Source: Candidatus Omnitrophota bacterium
Lineage (GTDB): Bacteria; Omnitrophota; Gorgyraeia; Zapsychrales; Zapsychraceae
Length of the DNA: 64,000 bases
Direction: 5' to 3'
Assembly (NCBI GenBank): GCA_029261065.1
Contig: JAJDCB010000019.1
Location: 11,659-75,658 of the forward strand
Below, one piece after another: positions 61,349 to 64,000 of this stretch; positions within the stretch are counted from its first letter, which is position 1, and every line of letters starts with the position of its first letter. The notes below the pieces were generated by a model, which saw nothing but the letters and a program-made list of their open reading frames with translations, made no database searches and was not told where the DNA came from. Position numbers and translations under genes: made by a program.

Positions 61349-64000
61349 TTAGGACTTTTTCTTTTCTTTTAATTTGTCTATGGGTTTCCCATTCTGACCA
61401 GGCTGCTCACCAGCCTTAATCATCTGGATATCTAAACAAAGGCCTTGTAACTCTTTGACTAGAACGTTAAATGATTCTGGCGTTCCAGGCGATAATCTTT
61501 GTTGGCCTTTGACGATTGCTTCGTACATACGAGATCGACCTTGAACATCATCACTTTTTACAGTTAACATTTCTTGTAAAGTATATGCCGCACCATAGGC
61601 TTCTAAAGCCCAAACTTCCATTTCCCCAAAACGCTGACCACCAAAATGAGCTTTTCCACCGAGCGGTTGTTGCGTAACTAAAGAGTAAGGTCCAATGGAA
61701 CGCGCATGAATCTTCTCATCAACTAAATGATTAAGCTTAAGCATATAAATGTAACCAATGGTCACCTTTTGATCAAAAGGTAGCCCCGTATATCCATCAA
61801 AAACAGTAGCCTTTCCATCTTCAGGCAGTCCAGCTTCTTTTAAACTTTTCCAGATCTCTTCTTCAGAAGCACCATTAAAAACAGGAGTTTCTGAGGTAAA
61901 CCCAAGCGTTTTAGCCGCCCACCCCAAATGCGTTTCTAAAAGCTGCCCAACATTCATTCGAGAAGGAACACCTAAAGGATTTAAAACAATATCCACTGGA
62001 GTCCCATCTTCTAAATAAGGCATATCCGACTCTGGTAAAATCCTTGAAACGATTCCTTTGTTACCGTGGCGTCCGGCCATCTTATCACCTTCAGAAAGTT
62101 TACGTTTTGTCGCAACATAAACAACAACTCTCTTAAGAACACCTGCTGGAAGCTCATCTCCACGTTTTACGCGCTCTACTTCATGAGCCTCTTCTTCTGT
62201 TAATTCGGCAATTCGATCATTAAAGGAACGAATAACTTCACTTTCTTCAGAGTCTTCTTCAAAGTCATCCATTTTCAATAGATCAATCTTTTTCTCATCA
62301 ATTTTTAGAAGCTTTGTAAGCTTTTTCTTCTTATCTTCTTCCGCTAAATGTATTTCTTGCTTGTAGTAGGCTTTAATTTTTTCAATAGCTTCCGTTTCTT
62401 TGGCTTTATCAACTTTTGTTTTACGTCCACGTTCATTACGTTGGAATAATTCGATATTAACAACAACACCTTCAATACCTGGTGAAAGTGTTAATGACGT
62501 ATTACGTATATCGGCTGCCTTCTCACCAAAAATAGCACGTAACAGTCTTTCTTCAGGCGACAATTCTTTTTCACTTTTTGGTGTTACTTTACCTACAAGA
62601 ATGTCACCTGATTTAACTTCAGCACCGACGCGAATAATTCCATTTTCATCTAAATTAATTAATGTTTCTTCGCTTTCATTAGGGATGTCACGCGTTAACT
62701 CTTCATTTCCTAATCGTGTTTCACGGCATTCAACCTCAAATTTTTCAACATGAATGGACGTAAATACATCTTCACGCACAATCTTTTCATTTATAAGGAT
62801 GGCATCCTCAAAGTTATATCCACGCCATGGCATAAAAGCAACCAACACGTTTCGCCCTAAAGCTAGACGTCCATCTTTAGTTGCAATACCATCTGCAATG
62901 ATTTGTCCTGCCCTAACTTTATCCCCTAAACGAACCAATGGTGTTTGATGAATACAAGTGTTTGCATTTGTACGTTGATAATTTTTTAGTGGATAAACGG
63001 TTTTCCCAACGACAATTTCTCGAGCATCGACAGCCGTTACTTTTCCATCATTTGCTGAAATAACAACAACACCCGAATCTCTTGCTACCTTTTCTTCCAT
63101 CCCCGTACCTACACAAGGCACCTCTGTAATCATCAATGGAACAGCTTGACGCTGCATGTTTGATCCCATTAAAGCACGATTCGCATCATCATGCTCCAAA
63201 AATGGAATTAAAGAAGCCGCTACAGAAACAATCTGCAAGGGAGAAACATCCATGTACGTTACATCTTTTGCTTTCATTTTTGGAAAATCGGTTTTATATC
63301 GACAAACAATGACGTTTTCTGCAAAATCTCCATCTTCCTTCACAATTGTATTTGCCTGTGCAACAGGTTCAACTTGATCACGATCAGCGGTAAGAAATTC
63401 AATCTTTTTCGTCACATTCCCATCTTTAACTTTTCTATAAGGCGTTTCAATAAAACCTAACTCATTAACACGCGCACAATTTGTAAGAGAGGCAATCAAT
63501 CCAATATTAGGCCCTTCAGGAGTTTCAATAGAACAAACCCGGCCATAATGTGTTGGATGAACGTCACGAACCTCAAACCCAGCACGCTCTCGCGAAAGTC
63601 CACCTGGACCAAGAGCACTTAATCTTCTTTTATGTGTCATCTCTGAAAGCGGATTAACCTGATCCATAAACTGAGATAACTGACTGCGACCGAAAAAATC
63701 TTGTATTTGATTTGAAAAAAGGCGGGAATTAATAAGATGATGCGCGGTAAGATGTTCAAAATTATTCATGACAACCAAACGTTCTTTAATCGAGCGCTCT
63801 AGTCGTGCTAAACCAATTCTAACTTGATTCTGCACCAACTCACCAACAGTCTTAATACGACGATTACCCAAATGGTCAATATCATCCGTCTCACCAACAC
63901 CTTCTCTTAAACTAAAAAGATAACGAACAACCTCAACAACCGTACCAATGTCTAAAACACGATTATCAAGACCAACGCCCATCTTTAACTTTCTATTTAT
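61349..64000 (-). CDS. rpoB: RNA polymerase beta subunit (3' part; 5' end outside window)
   Basis: [44 protein letters not shown]; frame open to the window end. Confidence 0.99.
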   Translation of the reverse strand: MNRKLKMGVGLDNRVLDIGTVVEVVRYLFSLREGVGETDDIDHLGNRRIKTVGELVQNQVRIGLARLERSIKERLVVMNNFEHLTAHHLINSRLFSNQIQDFFGRSQLSQFMDQVNPLSEMTHKRRLSALGPGGLSRERAGFEVRDVHPTHYGRVCSIETPEGPNIGLIASLTNCARVNELGFIETPYRKVKDGNVTKKIEFLTADRDQVEPVAQANTIVKEDGDFAENVIVCRYKTDFPKMKAKDVTYMDVSPLQIVSVAASLIPFLEHDDANRALMGSNMQRQAVPLMITEVPCVGTGMEEKVARDSGVVVISANDGKVTAVDAREIVVGKTVYPLKNYQRTNANTCIHQTPLVRLGDKVRAGQIIADGIATKDGRLALGRNVLVAFMPWRGYNFEDAILINEKIVREDVFTSIHVEKFEVECRETRLGNEELTRDIPNESEETLINLDENGIIRVGAEVKSGDILVGKVTPKSEKELSPEERLLRAIFGEKAADIRNTSLTLSPGIEGVVVNIELFQRNERGRKTKVDKAKETEAIEKIKAYYKQEIHLAEEDKKKKLTKLLKIDEKKIDLLKMDDFEEDSEESEVIRSFNDRIAELTEEEAHEVERVKRGDELPAGVLKRVVVYVATKRKLSEGDKMAGRHGNKGIVSRILPESDMPYLEDGTPVDIVLNPLGVPSRMNVGQLLETHLGWAAKTLGFTSETPVFNGASEEEIWKSLKEAGLPEDGKATVFDGYTGLPFDQKVTIGYIYMLKLNHLVDEKIHARSIGPYSLVTQQPLGGKAHFGGQRFGEMEVWALEAYGAAYTLQEMLTVKSDDVQGRSRMYEAIVKGQQRLSPGTPESFNVLVKELQGLCLDIQMIKAGEQPGQNGKPIDKLKEKKKS

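Noticed and set aside
56901-63760. Antibiotic-resistance substitutions in RpsL or the RpoB rifampicin region
   Set aside because: RpsL KKPNS and VKDLP, and RpoB SQFMDQ...THKRRLSAL, keep the usual sensitive residues.

Overview
Low-GC bacterial chromosome segment made mostly of housekeeping genes, almost all on the minus strand. A PVC-superphylum signature small basic protein plus many PilZ/T4P/T2SS-accessory genes suggest a PVC member, most plausibly Ca. Omnitrophota (inference, not verified). In order: the edge of a surface-glycan locus (SAM methyltransferase, fcl, gmd); CIRCE-groES-groEL; coaX-uvrB; a PilZ/ExeAB region; a long, tightly coupled operon (SPOR, degenerate GAF-HD-GYP, dGTPase, HIT, metallophosphoesterase, AAA ATPase, LysM/M23, thiE, heptose genes, pfk, accBC, efp, aroQ); a glycolipid/lipoyl cluster; icd, pilT and aspC; and the rpoBC-str-S10-spc-alpha superoperon, which lacks rpmD and infA. 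I see no rRNA, tRNA, CRISPR, transposase or prophage, and no clearly complete novel system. Best leads: (1) a ~300-nt highly structured 5' leader of gmd, with a 23-bp long-range helix enclosing four GC-rich hairpins; (2) an unannotated 56-aa basic protein between two PilZ genes; (3) pseudo-enzymes (HD-GYP, nuclease-like, M23) co-transcribed with three nucleotide hydrolases; (4) LipB and a stand-alone lipoyl domain linked to glycolipid genes; (5) long ribosomal-protein extensions (uS5 tandem repeats, bL17 amphipathic tail).
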